64,000 nucleotides of DNA, from contig JBHLPZ010000001.1 in the NCBI GenBank assembly GCA_048885325.1, forward strand, positions 2,532-66,531, in the 5' to 3' direction. Under the pieces are notes generated by a model that searched no databases, was not told the origin of the DNA, and was given only the letters and a program-made list of their open reading frames with translations. Position 1 is the stretch's first letter, and every line of letters begins with the position of its first letter. The stretch is from Candidatus Odinarchaeota archaeon (lineage in GTDB: Archaea > Asgardarchaeota > Lokiarchaeia > Sigyniarchaeales > SOKP01). Positions 28,051 through 37,172 of the stretch are shown one piece after another. Made by a program: the position numbers and the translations under genes.

Positions 28051-29160
28051 TTGGGAGATAATACTTTCGGTAATTATTTAAAAATAACTTCTTTTGGAGA
28101 AAGTCATGGGGCTTTGATAGGAGTAATAATTGATGGAATACCAGCAGGTGTTAATTTCAGCTTAGATCTAATTCAGAATGAATTAAATATGAGAAAGCCA
28201 GGGCAATCTCACTTAGCTACACCCCGTGATGAATTGGATAAAGCACAGGTCTTATCCGGTATATTCAATAATAAAACAACTGGTGCTCCAATTTGTCTTA
28301 TTATTAAAAATGAAGATATAGATTCAATAAAGTATGAAAAATTCAGAGTTTTATTAAGACCATCCCATATCGATTACTCTGCTTTAAAAAAATATGGCGG
28401 ATTTGCAGATTACAGAGGATCCGGACGTTTTTCGGGTAGAATTACTGCTGGCTTTGTCATGGCAGGCGCATTAGCAAAGCAAGTACTGAGAAAAAATAAT
28501 GTCTATATAATTGCATATACTAAAGGTATCGGGTCAATTGTAGATGATTGCTACTATGATTTTAAAGATTTTGAAAGATTGCATAATATAAGAGAAAAAT
28601 CTTTAGTTAGATCATTAAATCCATCTTTATCTAAAGATATGATAAAAGAAATTGAGATGGTTAGAAATGCAGGTGATTCAATAGGAGGTTTAATCAAATG
28701 TGTTGCTGTTAATTACCCTGTTGGTGTTGGGGGCCCGCTTTTTAATAGTATTGAATCCAATCTTAGTAAAGCTATTTTTTCAATTCCAGCTATAAAGGGT
28801 ATAGAATTTGGTGCTGGTTTCAAAGCTGCCCGAATGAAAGGATCAGAACATAATGATCCTTGGATTATTAAAGATGGTAGAATTTTAACTGAAAAAAATG
28901 ATTCAGGAGGAATAATCGGAGGGATATCAACTGGGATGCCTATAGAGTTTACAGTTGTAATAAAGCCTACACCTTCCATAGAAGTTTCGCAGAAAACTGT
29001 CAATATCAAAATTATGAAGGAAGACCTAATCCAAATTGAAGGAAAGCATGATCCTTGTATTGTTCCCCGAGCTGTTATAGTAGTCGAGGCTATGACCGCT
29101 ATTGTTTTGCTAGATCATTTATTATTAGAAGGAAAAATTCCTTCTATAATAGAATCATAA
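28051..29160 (+). CDS. aroC: Chorismate synthase
   Basis: 369 aa with NTFGNYLKITSFGESHG, RPSHIDY, GRFSGRITA and GGISTGMPI. The start codon is TTG. Confidence 0.9.
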   Translation: MGDNTFGNYLKITSFGESHGALIGVIIDGIPAGVNFSLDLIQNELNMRKPGQSHLATPRDELDKAQVLSGIFNNKTTGAPICLIIKNEDIDSIKYEKFRVLLRPSHIDYSALKKYGGFADYRGSGRFSGRITAGFVMAGALAKQVLRKNNVYIIAYTKGIGSIVDDCYYDFKDFERLHNIREKSLVRSLNPSLSKDMIKEIEMVRNAGDSIGGLIKCVAVNYPVGVGGPLFNSIESNLSKAIFSIPAIKGIEFGAGFKAARMKGSEHNDPWIIKDGRILTEKNDSGGIIGGISTGMPIEFTVVIKPTPSIEVSQKTVNIKIMKEDLIQIEGKHDPCIVPRAVIVVEAMTAIVLLDHLLLEGKIPSIIES

Positions 29161-29175
29161 AACTTTCTAATAAAA

Positions 29176-30600
29176 ATGAAAAGACCTATAACTGCTGTAC
29201 TCGTAGGAGCTGGGAGGCGTGGTTTTACGATCTATGGAGATTTCGCTTTAAAGAATAGAACAAAGTTAAAATTCATCGCTGTAGCTGAACCTATAGAAAA
29301 AAGACGGAAGAAATTCGCTTCTCTACATAAAATTCACCCTAAAAGATGTTATGAAAGTTGGCAGGATTTATTTAAAGAAAAAAGATTGGCAGATGTTGCA
29401 TTTATTTGTACTCAAGATCGAATGCACACAGAACCTACAATTATGGCATTAGAAAAGGGATATGATATTTTATTAGAAAAACCAATGGCGCATACTTTAC
29501 AAGATTGTATTAAAATTGTAAAAAAGGTAGAAGAAACAGGAAGAATATTAGGAGTAGGGCATATACTTAGATACTCTAACTTCTTTTCTAAAGTGTATGA
29601 ATTAGTACATAAAGAACTGCTTGGAGACATTATCAACATTACTCATAGAGAGAATATTATGTGGTATCATTATGCACATAGCTATATAAGAGGACCATGG
29701 GCTAATGTAAAAAAATCTTCGCCAATGATTCTTGCTAAATGCTGCCATGATTTAGATCTTCTTTATTGGATCGTAAATTCAATACCAAAAAAGATTAGCT
29801 CTTTTGGTAATTTATTACATTTCAAGCCGGAAAATGCACCAAAAGGAGCTCCTGAATATTGTTTAGATGGATGCCCAGCAAAAAAGTATTGCCTTTATTA
29901 TGCTCCAAGAATTTACATTGATATCGTCCCAATAACTCAAATGATGGAAAAAAGTAAAAATCTACTATTAAATTTATTAGGTCGATTAAGAAGGAAACAT
30001 GTGAATTTTCTAACCTATATTTCTAAAATTGTAAAACCATTAAAAAAGTTAAGATATTACCAAGATTTCCCAATATATTATTTATATACAGGTCAAAAAG
30101 AAGATTATTCTGATAAAGCAAAAGCTAGAATTTTAAAAACGAGTCCATATGGTAAATGCGTATATCATAGTGATAATGATGTGGTTGATCATCAAATTGT
30201 AAATATTGAATTTGAAAATGGAGTTACAGCTAATCTAACTATGCATGGTTTCAGCGAACAAGAAGGACGTACTTTAAGAATAGATGGAACAAAAGCAACT
30301 TTAATTGGAAAATTTCATGCCAGTGGTGAAACATTATATTTCTACAATCATTTTTCAGGGAAAAAGAAATTAGTATATAGAAATGTAATGTCTCTTAAAT
30401 CAGGTAAAGTTGATGAGGGAGATTTTGAACTAATAAATGCTTTTATTGATACGCTTATTGATAAAAATAAAATTCAACCTTTAACAAGCGCTCGTGCATC
30501 ATTAGAAAGTCATTTGATGGCTTTCGCTGCAGAAGAATCCCGATTGAACGATAAAGTTATAGATTTACAGGATTTCCGTAGAAGAGCAGAAGACTTTTAA
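29176..30600 (+). CDS. Gfo/Idh/MocA-family NAD(P)-dependent oxidoreductase with a Cys-containing insertion
   Basis: 474 aa with an N-terminal Rossmann motif (AVLVGAGRRG) and the family EKP motif (LLEKPMA). An insertion reads EYCLDGCPAKKYCLYY. The gene starts 15 nt after aroC. Confidence 0.75.
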   Translation: MKRPITAVLVGAGRRGFTIYGDFALKNRTKLKFIAVAEPIEKRRKKFASLHKIHPKRCYESWQDLFKEKRLADVAFICTQDRMHTEPTIMALEKGYDILLEKPMAHTLQDCIKIVKKVEETGRILGVGHILRYSNFFSKVYELVHKELLGDIINITHRENIMWYHYAHSYIRGPWANVKKSSPMILAKCCHDLDLLYWIVNSIPKKISSFGNLLHFKPENAPKGAPEYCLDGCPAKKYCLYYAPRIYIDIVPITQMMEKSKNLLLNLLGRLRRKHVNFLTYISKIVKPLKKLRYYQDFPIYYLYTGQKEDYSDKAKARILKTSPYGKCVYHSDNDVVDHQIVNIEFENGVTANLTMHGFSEQEGRTLRIDGTKATLIGKFHASGETLYFYNHFSGKKKLVYRNVMSLKSGKVDEGDFELINAFIDTLIDKNKIQPLTSARASLESHLMAFAAEESRLNDKVIDLQDFRRRAEDF

Positions 30601-30680
30601 AATATACAAATTTAGTTAATTTTATTTTTCAAATACACTATAAATATTATATATCCAAAAATTTTACTAGAAACTATATC

Positions 30681-30911
30681 ATGGATAAAAAAATTGACAC
30701 CTCTAAAGATTTTATGGCCTTTTATAAGAAAAAAGGAGATTACCTTATAGGACTTTCAGAGAACCATTTTAAGAATAAAGAATATAAAAAAGCTCTTGAG
30801 TTATTGAATCAAGCATACAGTATGTATACAAAAGGTAAGTGTACAGAAGAAGCTGAAAATACTAAACAAAGATTTCAAGAAATTAAGCAGACTTATTTTA
30901 AAAATGAATAA
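30681..30911 (+). CDS. Hypothetical small protein with one TPR-like helix pair
   Basis: 76 aa; NKEYKKALELLNQAYSMY is TPR-like. Support is weak. Confidence 0.35.
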   Translation: MDKKIDTSKDFMAFYKKKGDYLIGLSENHFKNKEYKKALELLNQAYSMYTKGKCTEEAENTKQRFQEIKQTYFKNE

Positions 30912-31406
30912 TTAAGCAAGGTTTAATTTTTTCTTCAATTTATTTGTGATATCTATTATATGAGGTCCATTCCAAAATACTTTTGAGCATTTTGGATTGT
31001 TACATTGATAAAATTCATCGTAATTCTTATAAGTCTCTTTCAACACAACATCTTTAATAACATTTTTATCTTTAACTCTTGTTAATTCTGAATTGCAAAT
31101 TGAACATCTAGCTTTCTTTAAGTCAAATTCATAAGAGATCTCTAAAGTTTCTTTAAGTTGGTTTAAGTAATTATATATACCTTCTCCTTCTAAATATATA
31201 CTTTTACTCTTTATTTTGGCATAAAAAGGGTAATCTTTCGTTATAATTATGCGGTCATTATCTTCCGCGTATTTTTTTAAATTTTCATCAGGAATAGGAT
31301 CCAATTTAAACTGATCCCTTAAATCATTTGCATATATAGTATCGTACCCAAAAATTCTTAAAAAGCGTGATAATCTTCCTAACATCGCGTCAACTAGGAA
31401 TTTCAT
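30912..31406 (-). CDS. Mut7-C/DUF82 PIN-like RNase domain protein with a C-terminal Zn ribbon
   Basis: MKFLVDAMLGRLSRFLRIFGYDT is the Mut7-C hallmark. The C-terminus reads CSICNSEL...CNNPKCSKVFWNGPH. I prefer the internal ATG at 31406 (or 31436); the track start at 31547 would overlap the divergent FmdE gene. Confidence 0.75.
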   Translation of the reverse strand: MKFLVDAMLGRLSRFLRIFGYDTIYANDLRDQFKLDPIPDENLKKYAEDNDRIIITKDYPFYAKIKSKSIYLEGEGIYNYLNQLKETLEISYEFDLKKARCSICNSELTRVKDKNVIKDVVLKETYKNYDEFYQCNNPKCSKVFWNGPHIIDITNKLKKKLNLA

Positions 31407-31513
31407 GTTAGTACCATTTTGAGTAGAAAATTTCATATCTATAAAAAATTTATAAATATCATAAATAATATAAATGAAATTTTTATATAGATAAATTTCT
31501 CTTAGTGTTATAT

Positions 31514-32041
31514 ATGGATGTTCAAGATTTAATGAAAAAGGCGACAATTTTTCATGGGCATATATGTCCAGGCGTAGCTTTAGGAGTATTAGTTGCTAAA
31601 TATATTTTAAATCTTGGATTCGAACATTCTCTTGATGAGGAGTTAGTAGCTGTTGTAGAAAATGATAATTGTAGTGTAGATGCTATCCAAGCATTATTAG
31701 GTACGACATATGGAAAAGGGAATTTGATACATTTAGATTATGGAAAAAACAATTATACAATATATAGTCGTAAATCTCAGAGAGGAGTTAGGTTTGCTTT
31801 AAAAAGTTCTATTTTTGGAAATAAAAAGTTATCTCGTGATGAGAGAATAAAAAAGTTATTATCTTCTAATCCAGAAGAAATTTTTGACATTAGAGAAGTA
31901 GAATTTAATCCTCCTGAGCGTGCTCAGATAGAAGAATCTATTTCTTGTGAAATTTGTAATGAATTGACTATGAGTTCTCGTATTGTGGATTATCAAGGCA
32001 CAAAAATGTGTATTCCTTGTTATAAGACAATGAAAAAATAA
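31514..32041 (+). CDS. FmdE/FwdE-domain protein with a C-terminal Zn ribbon
   Basis: Contains ATIFHGHICPGVALG (FmdE family) and ends with CEICNEL...CIPC. The ATG at 31514 is 3 codons inside the track ORF. Confidence 0.8.
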   Translation: MDVQDLMKKATIFHGHICPGVALGVLVAKYILNLGFEHSLDEELVAVVENDNCSVDAIQALLGTTYGKGNLIHLDYGKNNYTIYSRKSQRGVRFALKSSIFGNKKLSRDERIKKLLSSNPEEIFDIREVEFNPPERAQIEESISCEICNELTMSSRIVDYQGTKMCIPCYKTMKK

Positions 32042-32067
32042 TTATTTTGATTATATTGTTTTAAGTT

Positions 32068-32832
32068 ATGAAAATGCAGGATTCACCCCAAAAAACATTA
32101 CCAGGTGCTGGTCCTTTTTATTTTGAAGGGAATAAGACAGGTATTATTATGATCCATGGTGGTGGTGGTGGAACATGTGCCGATTTGAAACCTATAGCAG
32201 AAGATTTGCATCAACTAGGCGGTTATACTATTAGTGTTCCTTTACTTCCTGGATATGGAACCTCACCTTTTGATCTAAGAAAAACATCTATTAGTGATTG
32301 GAAATCTGCCCTAAATGTGGAATTAAAAGCATTGATGGATAAATGTGATAAAATTATTATGGGCGGCCATTCTATGGGAGGTATTTTAACTTTAATTTTA
32401 GCATCGAATTACAATTTGGATGGAATTTTTACAATTAGCCCACCAGTTGGAATTAAGTCATTTCTATTTCATCTTGTTCCATTCTTTAAAATTTTTGTTA
32501 AATACCATTCTGTTGATTCAGACCGATTGAAAAAAGATACAAATGAAAAATGGGTTGGTTATAATAAGATTCCAATAAATATAGCAACAAAAGTAAAAAA
32601 ATTAATGAAAGAAATGAAAGAATCGTTACCCAAAGTGAATTGTCCAACTTTATTATTCCAAGGTCGTTTTGATAATGAAATTAAAAAAAAAAGTATGGAT
32701 TATATTTTTAACCATATCAATTCTAAGAATAAAAGGAAAATTTGGTTAGAACATAATGATCATTCCATACTAGAAAGTCCCGATCATGATATAATAGTCT
32801 CTGAACTTCTTAATTTTGTAAAAGAGATTTAA
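32068..32832 (+). CDS. Alpha/beta hydrolase (carboxylesterase-like)
   Basis: 254 aa with the oxyanion region MIHGGGGG, the nucleophile elbow GHSMGG and a C-terminal H (NDHSIL). Confidence 0.8.
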   Translation: MKMQDSPQKTLPGAGPFYFEGNKTGIIMIHGGGGGTCADLKPIAEDLHQLGGYTISVPLLPGYGTSPFDLRKTSISDWKSALNVELKALMDKCDKIIMGGHSMGGILTLILASNYNLDGIFTISPPVGIKSFLFHLVPFFKIFVKYHSVDSDRLKKDTNEKWVGYNKIPINIATKVKKLMKEMKESLPKVNCPTLLFQGRFDNEIKKKSMDYIFNHINSKNKRKIWLEHNDHSILESPDHDIIVSELLNFVKEI

Positions 32833-33000
32833 AATTAGATTAAATTAATAAACTTCTAAAAATTAAAGCAAATAGTTCAAATTTATGAATAAAAAATATA
32901 AAAATTAGAAAAGAAAAGTATTTTTCTTTTAATTAATAAATATAAAATGTTGTCTTGGCAGCATTATTATCTAATTTAAATATGATAAAATGAGCGCTTT

Positions 33001-34206
33001 ATGATTCAAAATGTAGAAAAGAGTCATACATTATTAATTAAAGGTCCATCAAGAGTTAATATCCTTGAAGGAAAAGTAGAAGTTTTTGGTAAAATTTTTT
33101 CACCAGAGAAAGCTGTAAAAGAAAATTCTTTAATTATACCAAGTGCCACAATATATCCAATTTATGCATTAGAACCTTCAAAGCTAGAAATTTACATCTC
33201 AAATGAGGATAATCTTAATTTAATAGAAGAAAATACAATTAACAAAGAATGGGATAAAATTAAAGATATAGTTATAAATGAGGTTAAAAAGAATCAAACG
33301 GGGATTCCACTTAAAATTATGATATTAGGAATAAGTAGCGGAAAAACAACTTTAATCAAATATCTAGCTAATAACTTACTGAAAGAAGGATTAAAAGGGG
33401 GATATCTTGATTCAGATTTAGGTCAACAGATAATGTATTTACCCACTACTTTAAATATTGGAGAAATTAAGGATTTTATAATATCAAGTGCAGATATTGA
33501 TACAGAAGAAACTGTTTTCATTGGAAGTACTTTTCCTAAGTCAAATTATAAATTTATTGTAGCACATTCATGTAAATCATTAATTGATAATTATAATAAA
33601 AATCATAAAAATTCGGATTTCATTCTAATTGATAGTGATGGCTGGATTAAAACAGAAGCAGGAGTGATTTATAAAAATTTTTTTATAAATACTATTGATC
33701 CAGATATAGTAATTATTTTCCATGATGATAGCATTGAAGAGCTAAAAGAGATTGAAAAAAATGCCTCTAAATCCAAAAACAGGAAACTACTCCTTTTAAA
33801 AGAAGAAAATAGATATTTTTTTGAAAAAAATAAAGATGAAAGAAGATTTCTGAGGCAAAGTCAATTTGCTAAAATTTTAGAAGGATTTAGAAAAATATCT
33901 ATACCTTTAAACAATATAAAATTCATTAAAACCGATTATGATAAAGAAAACGATGAAATTGTTGAAATAGAAATAGATGTGAACGATTTAATTACCTTAC
34001 CCTACCATTATGTCATTATCTCCTTAATGACTGAAGATTCAAAAATGATTAAAATAGGACTTCTTTTTGTAATTAATTTAGAAAAGGATTACATACTTTT
34101 ATATTCAGATTTCAATTTTAAGGAGCAAAACCAAATTAAGAAAATTTTACTTGGGAGTTTAAGACTAAGTACTAAAGGTAATCATCAAGGATATCTTTAT
34201 TTATAA
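33001..34206 (+). CDS. Clp1/Grc3-type P-loop polynucleotide 5'-kinase-like protein
   Basis: 401 aa. The N-terminal beta-domain pattern is LLIKGPSRVNILEGKVEVFGKIF. The P-loop is MILGISSGKTTLIKYL, followed by YLDSDLGQQ (the Clp1 D-x-D-x-GQ motif) and LIDSDGW. Confidence 0.7.
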   Translation: MIQNVEKSHTLLIKGPSRVNILEGKVEVFGKIFSPEKAVKENSLIIPSATIYPIYALEPSKLEIYISNEDNLNLIEENTINKEWDKIKDIVINEVKKNQTGIPLKIMILGISSGKTTLIKYLANNLLKEGLKGGYLDSDLGQQIMYLPTTLNIGEIKDFIISSADIDTEETVFIGSTFPKSNYKFIVAHSCKSLIDNYNKNHKNSDFILIDSDGWIKTEAGVIYKNFFINTIDPDIVIIFHDDSIEELKEIEKNASKSKNRKLLLLKEENRYFFEKNKDERRFLRQSQFAKILEGFRKISIPLNNIKFIKTDYDKENDEIVEIEIDVNDLITLPYHYVIISLMTEDSKMIKIGLLFVINLEKDYILLYSDFNFKEQNQIKKILLGSLRLSTKGNHQGYLYL

Positions 34207-34266
34207 TAATATTTTTAAGATTAATTGTCGGTTTTATTTTTAAGAATTTTTTTCCCATTTCCTTGA

Positions 34267-35715
34267 GTGACAAATTTGAGTACGAATTTATTAACAAAAT
34301 TTTTAAAATTAATGTCAAAAGAAGTGACTGAATCTGATTTGGAACTAATTCAACTTGGAAAATCATTAGGTTTAGATTTAGTTTCATTTGCTGATTTAAG
34401 AGCCTCTCAAGAAGATGGTTTTGTTGATAAAATAAGAGAGAAAGCACTGCGTAGAATGCAGGAAAAGAAGGATAATATCCTTAAATGTAATGATTATTTC
34501 TACGTGGGAAGTATTGATTTCATGGTTTCAGATGAACCTGAGGGTAAAAAGTTTTTTCTTTTAGAAACAAATGGAGGATCCCATCGAGGACTTTCAATCT
34601 TATCAAGGAAACAACAATCTATCCTGTATAATGGGTATCTTAAGGCTATTTATCATGCAATCAAAAATAATAAGAGAGATGATAATAAAGTATTGGTATT
34701 GGTTGGAGTACCGATAAATGATGGCTTAATTCATGAAAAAATTATAATGATTGAGTATTTGAGAAAGAAATTAAAGGAAAAACATCACTCCGTCAAAATT
34801 TTTAATGTAGATAATTTTGATAGGACATTTAAAGCAGAAATTGTCTTTCTAATTGCCGATTATAAACAATTAAGTGTATCCCTTTCTTTTTCCCAAAATT
34901 GGGTTATATATAATGGAGAAAAAGTTAGCGTATTAATAGGAGATGGAATTGCAAGACGCTTTAATAATCAAAAGTTTATTAATTTAATAAAGAAAAAGAT
35001 TCGGAAGCTAAATACTATTATTGTAAATCCTATTTTTTTGATTACAGATGATAAATCATTAACATATTTAGCAAGTTACTATTATAAAAAAGAACTCGCT
35101 AAATATAATTTGAAATATCTTTTATTTACCAAAGCTTACGATGAAGATGATCTTATAAATAAAATTGAATTTCTTTTAAAGAAATATAGACAAGCTTTTA
35201 TAATTAAACCAAGTGGTGGATCTGGTGGAGCCGGTGTTATGCCAATATCTGAATTTGAGGAGCCTTCTGATATTAAAAAAATCATAAAAGAGAGTAAAGA
35301 AGAATTTTTTACTAAATTTATGAAGACTCGCAATCCATTTCCATATACTATACAAGAAAAAGCTGATTTTTCATTAATAGATTGGAAAGGTGGAAAACAC
35401 ACATTTGATCTACGTATATATTTAGCCCAGAATAATAAAAAAGTCATTCCAATTGGTGGATTAGTAAGAATCTCGAGGGATAATTTCATAAGTGGTTTAA
35501 ATAAGCAAGAATTTGTGGTCAATCTTTCTGGATATAATGGCCAAATAGAAGTTGAGAGAGGAATTGGATTTTCAAGAAGAAGTTGTGAAATACTAAATTT
35601 AACTTCAGAAGATTTTATTAATATGTTTTGTATTGGCAGTGTTTTATTTAAGGGAATGGTTCAAAATTATAAAAAAATCATTAAATTTTCAAAATGGGAT
35701 AAAATTTTGGTTTAA
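34267..35715 (+). CDS. ATP-grasp-fold ligase with apparently circularly permuted motif order
   Basis: 482 aa with core motifs IVNPIFLITDDKSLTYL, FIIKPSGGSGGAGV (res 311-324), FDLRIYL (380-386), VRISRDNF and VVNLSGYNG. The usually C-terminal Mg-binding strand motif DFMVSDEPEGKKFFLLETNGG sits at res 84-104. The start is GTG at 34267; an alternative ATG lies at 34312. Confidence 0.65.
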   Translation: MTNLSTNLLTKFLKLMSKEVTESDLELIQLGKSLGLDLVSFADLRASQEDGFVDKIREKALRRMQEKKDNILKCNDYFYVGSIDFMVSDEPEGKKFFLLETNGGSHRGLSILSRKQQSILYNGYLKAIYHAIKNNKRDDNKVLVLVGVPINDGLIHEKIIMIEYLRKKLKEKHHSVKIFNVDNFDRTFKAEIVFLIADYKQLSVSLSFSQNWVIYNGEKVSVLIGDGIARRFNNQKFINLIKKKIRKLNTIIVNPIFLITDDKSLTYLASYYYKKELAKYNLKYLLFTKAYDEDDLINKIEFLLKKYRQAFIIKPSGGSGGAGVMPISEFEEPSDIKKIIKESKEEFFTKFMKTRNPFPYTIQEKADFSLIDWKGGKHTFDLRIYLAQNNKKVIPIGGLVRISRDNFISGLNKQEFVVNLSGYNGQIEVERGIGFSRRSCEILNLTSEDFINMFCIGSVLFKGMVQNYKKIIKFSKWDKILV

Positions 35716-35718
35716 CTG

Positions 35719-36897
35719 ATGGATATCTTAGAATTGAAAAAATTAATGGATTTATCTAAAAGAAAATATCTTTATCTTGAAATTTTTAAAAAGTTTAAGT
35801 TATTCAGTGATCTAAAAAATGTTTATTATAAAGCATATGAGATTAAAGAGGGTTTAATTCCAGTCATATTTATAGCTAAATCTCTTGATACTAAAACAGT
35901 TAAATCTGTTAAAGTTTTTACTGCAGCCCAACATAACGAGTATAATGGTCTATTTGGAATTTTAGAATTTTTAAAAGAGTTCAATGAAGGATTAACTGAT
36001 ATTGAAGATATTTTAATTGAAAACCAAATCCTTATATTCTTTCCATTATTGAATCCCTATGGTTTTTTGCATCCTAAAAGAGACAACAAATCAGGATATT
36101 TTTTAGAAAATGGAACTAATCTTAATAGATTCTGGAGAAAAACTTTCGTTCCAGAATATAATGACTTACAATTAGCTTTAAATAATTATGAACCACCGAT
36201 GCAGACACAAATTATTAAAACGATTCTAGATAATTATTGGAAAAATGAAAATATTGGTATTTACATAATGGATTTTCATGAAACATCTTTAATGGATCGC
36301 TTTATAAACCAGTTAAGTTTGAGTTTAAATCAAGAATCATATACTTTTAAATTTACTCATTGGCTTCAAGAAAAAATCATTTTAAATATAATAGAGTTAT
36401 ATGATCTTATGAAATATCGGCACAATCTGACTCCTCAGAACCTATTTTTTAAGTGTAATCCTTCTGCTAACCATAGACATTTAAATTTAACAATGAAAGA
36501 AATTAATTTGATTTATGAGAAACTTTTAGATTATATAATTGAAAATAGTAAAAAATTACCATTTTATTTTTGCTATAATAGTAAAAGCAAGGAGTATTGT
36601 GAAAAATTAGCTCAAATAATTTATCATAAATTAGAGGAAATCCTGTGGGAAACTAGATCTACAGCTTTCCCACATGATTTTCATGATCATGGTTGTTTTG
36701 TAAACATGAATAAAGCAGCAAAACGTCAAAAATTATATGCCATAGAATTGGAATCATCAAAACAATTTTTTAATATATTTAGAGAAATTGAAAGGTCCAA
36801 ATCTGATGCGGATTATCTTGAAAAGAAACTAATTTTTATTAATAAAAGTATTGTTTTAGTAAGTGAAACAATCAGAGAAATGATAAAGCTCTTTTAA
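35719..36897 (+). CDS. M14/AstE-AspA-like metallo-carboxypeptidase/deacylase
   Basis: 392 aa with FTAAQHNEYNG (H72/E74), PLLNPYGF, NGTNLNRFW and IMDFHET (H186). The order and spacing resemble the M14 zinc and substrate motifs HxxE...NP.G...(D)LNR...H. The ATG lies 3 nt after the ATP-grasp stop. Confidence 0.55.
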   Translation: MDILELKKLMDLSKRKYLYLEIFKKFKLFSDLKNVYYKAYEIKEGLIPVIFIAKSLDTKTVKSVKVFTAAQHNEYNGLFGILEFLKEFNEGLTDIEDILIENQILIFFPLLNPYGFLHPKRDNKSGYFLENGTNLNRFWRKTFVPEYNDLQLALNNYEPPMQTQIIKTILDNYWKNENIGIYIMDFHETSLMDRFINQLSLSLNQESYTFKFTHWLQEKIILNIIELYDLMKYRHNLTPQNLFFKCNPSANHRHLNLTMKEINLIYEKLLDYIIENSKKLPFYFCYNSKSKEYCEKLAQIIYHKLEEILWETRSTAFPHDFHDHGCFVNMNKAAKRQKLYAIELESSKQFFNIFREIERSKSDADYLEKKLIFINKSIVLVSETIREMIKLF

Positions 36898-36911
36898 GAG
36901 AATGAAAAAAG

Positions 36912-37109
36912 TTACGTAATTTGTGGAGCAATTTTTCTTTCTCTACTTACATCTTTAAGTAAACATTCTTTATGGTAAAAAAATACTTTTTCACCATTAA
37001 ACTTTCCATTTGTAATATTTCCTAATGTTATTTGAAATGATTTTCTCAGATCTTGAATTTTAATTTCTCTTTTACATAAATAACAATTAATCATGATAAG
37101 AAGAATCAA
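36912..37109 (-). CDS. Hypothetical small protein
   Basis: A 65-aa ORF with CYLC...HKEC as a possible metal site. Support is weak. Confidence 0.25.
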   Translation of the reverse strand: MILLIMINCYLCKREIKIQDLRKSFQITLGNITNGKFNGEKVFFYHKECLLKDVSRERKIAPQIT

Positions 37110-37172
37110 AATTTTTATCTAATTATTAAAATTAGTATATTTAAAGTGAACAGATAATCTGAATATTACCAT

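Noticed and set aside
34172-34447. A 91-aa minus-strand ORF bridging the Clp1-like and ATP-grasp genes.
   Set aside because: It overlaps the ends of two supported plus-strand genes, and its Leu/Asn/Gln-rich translation has no motif.
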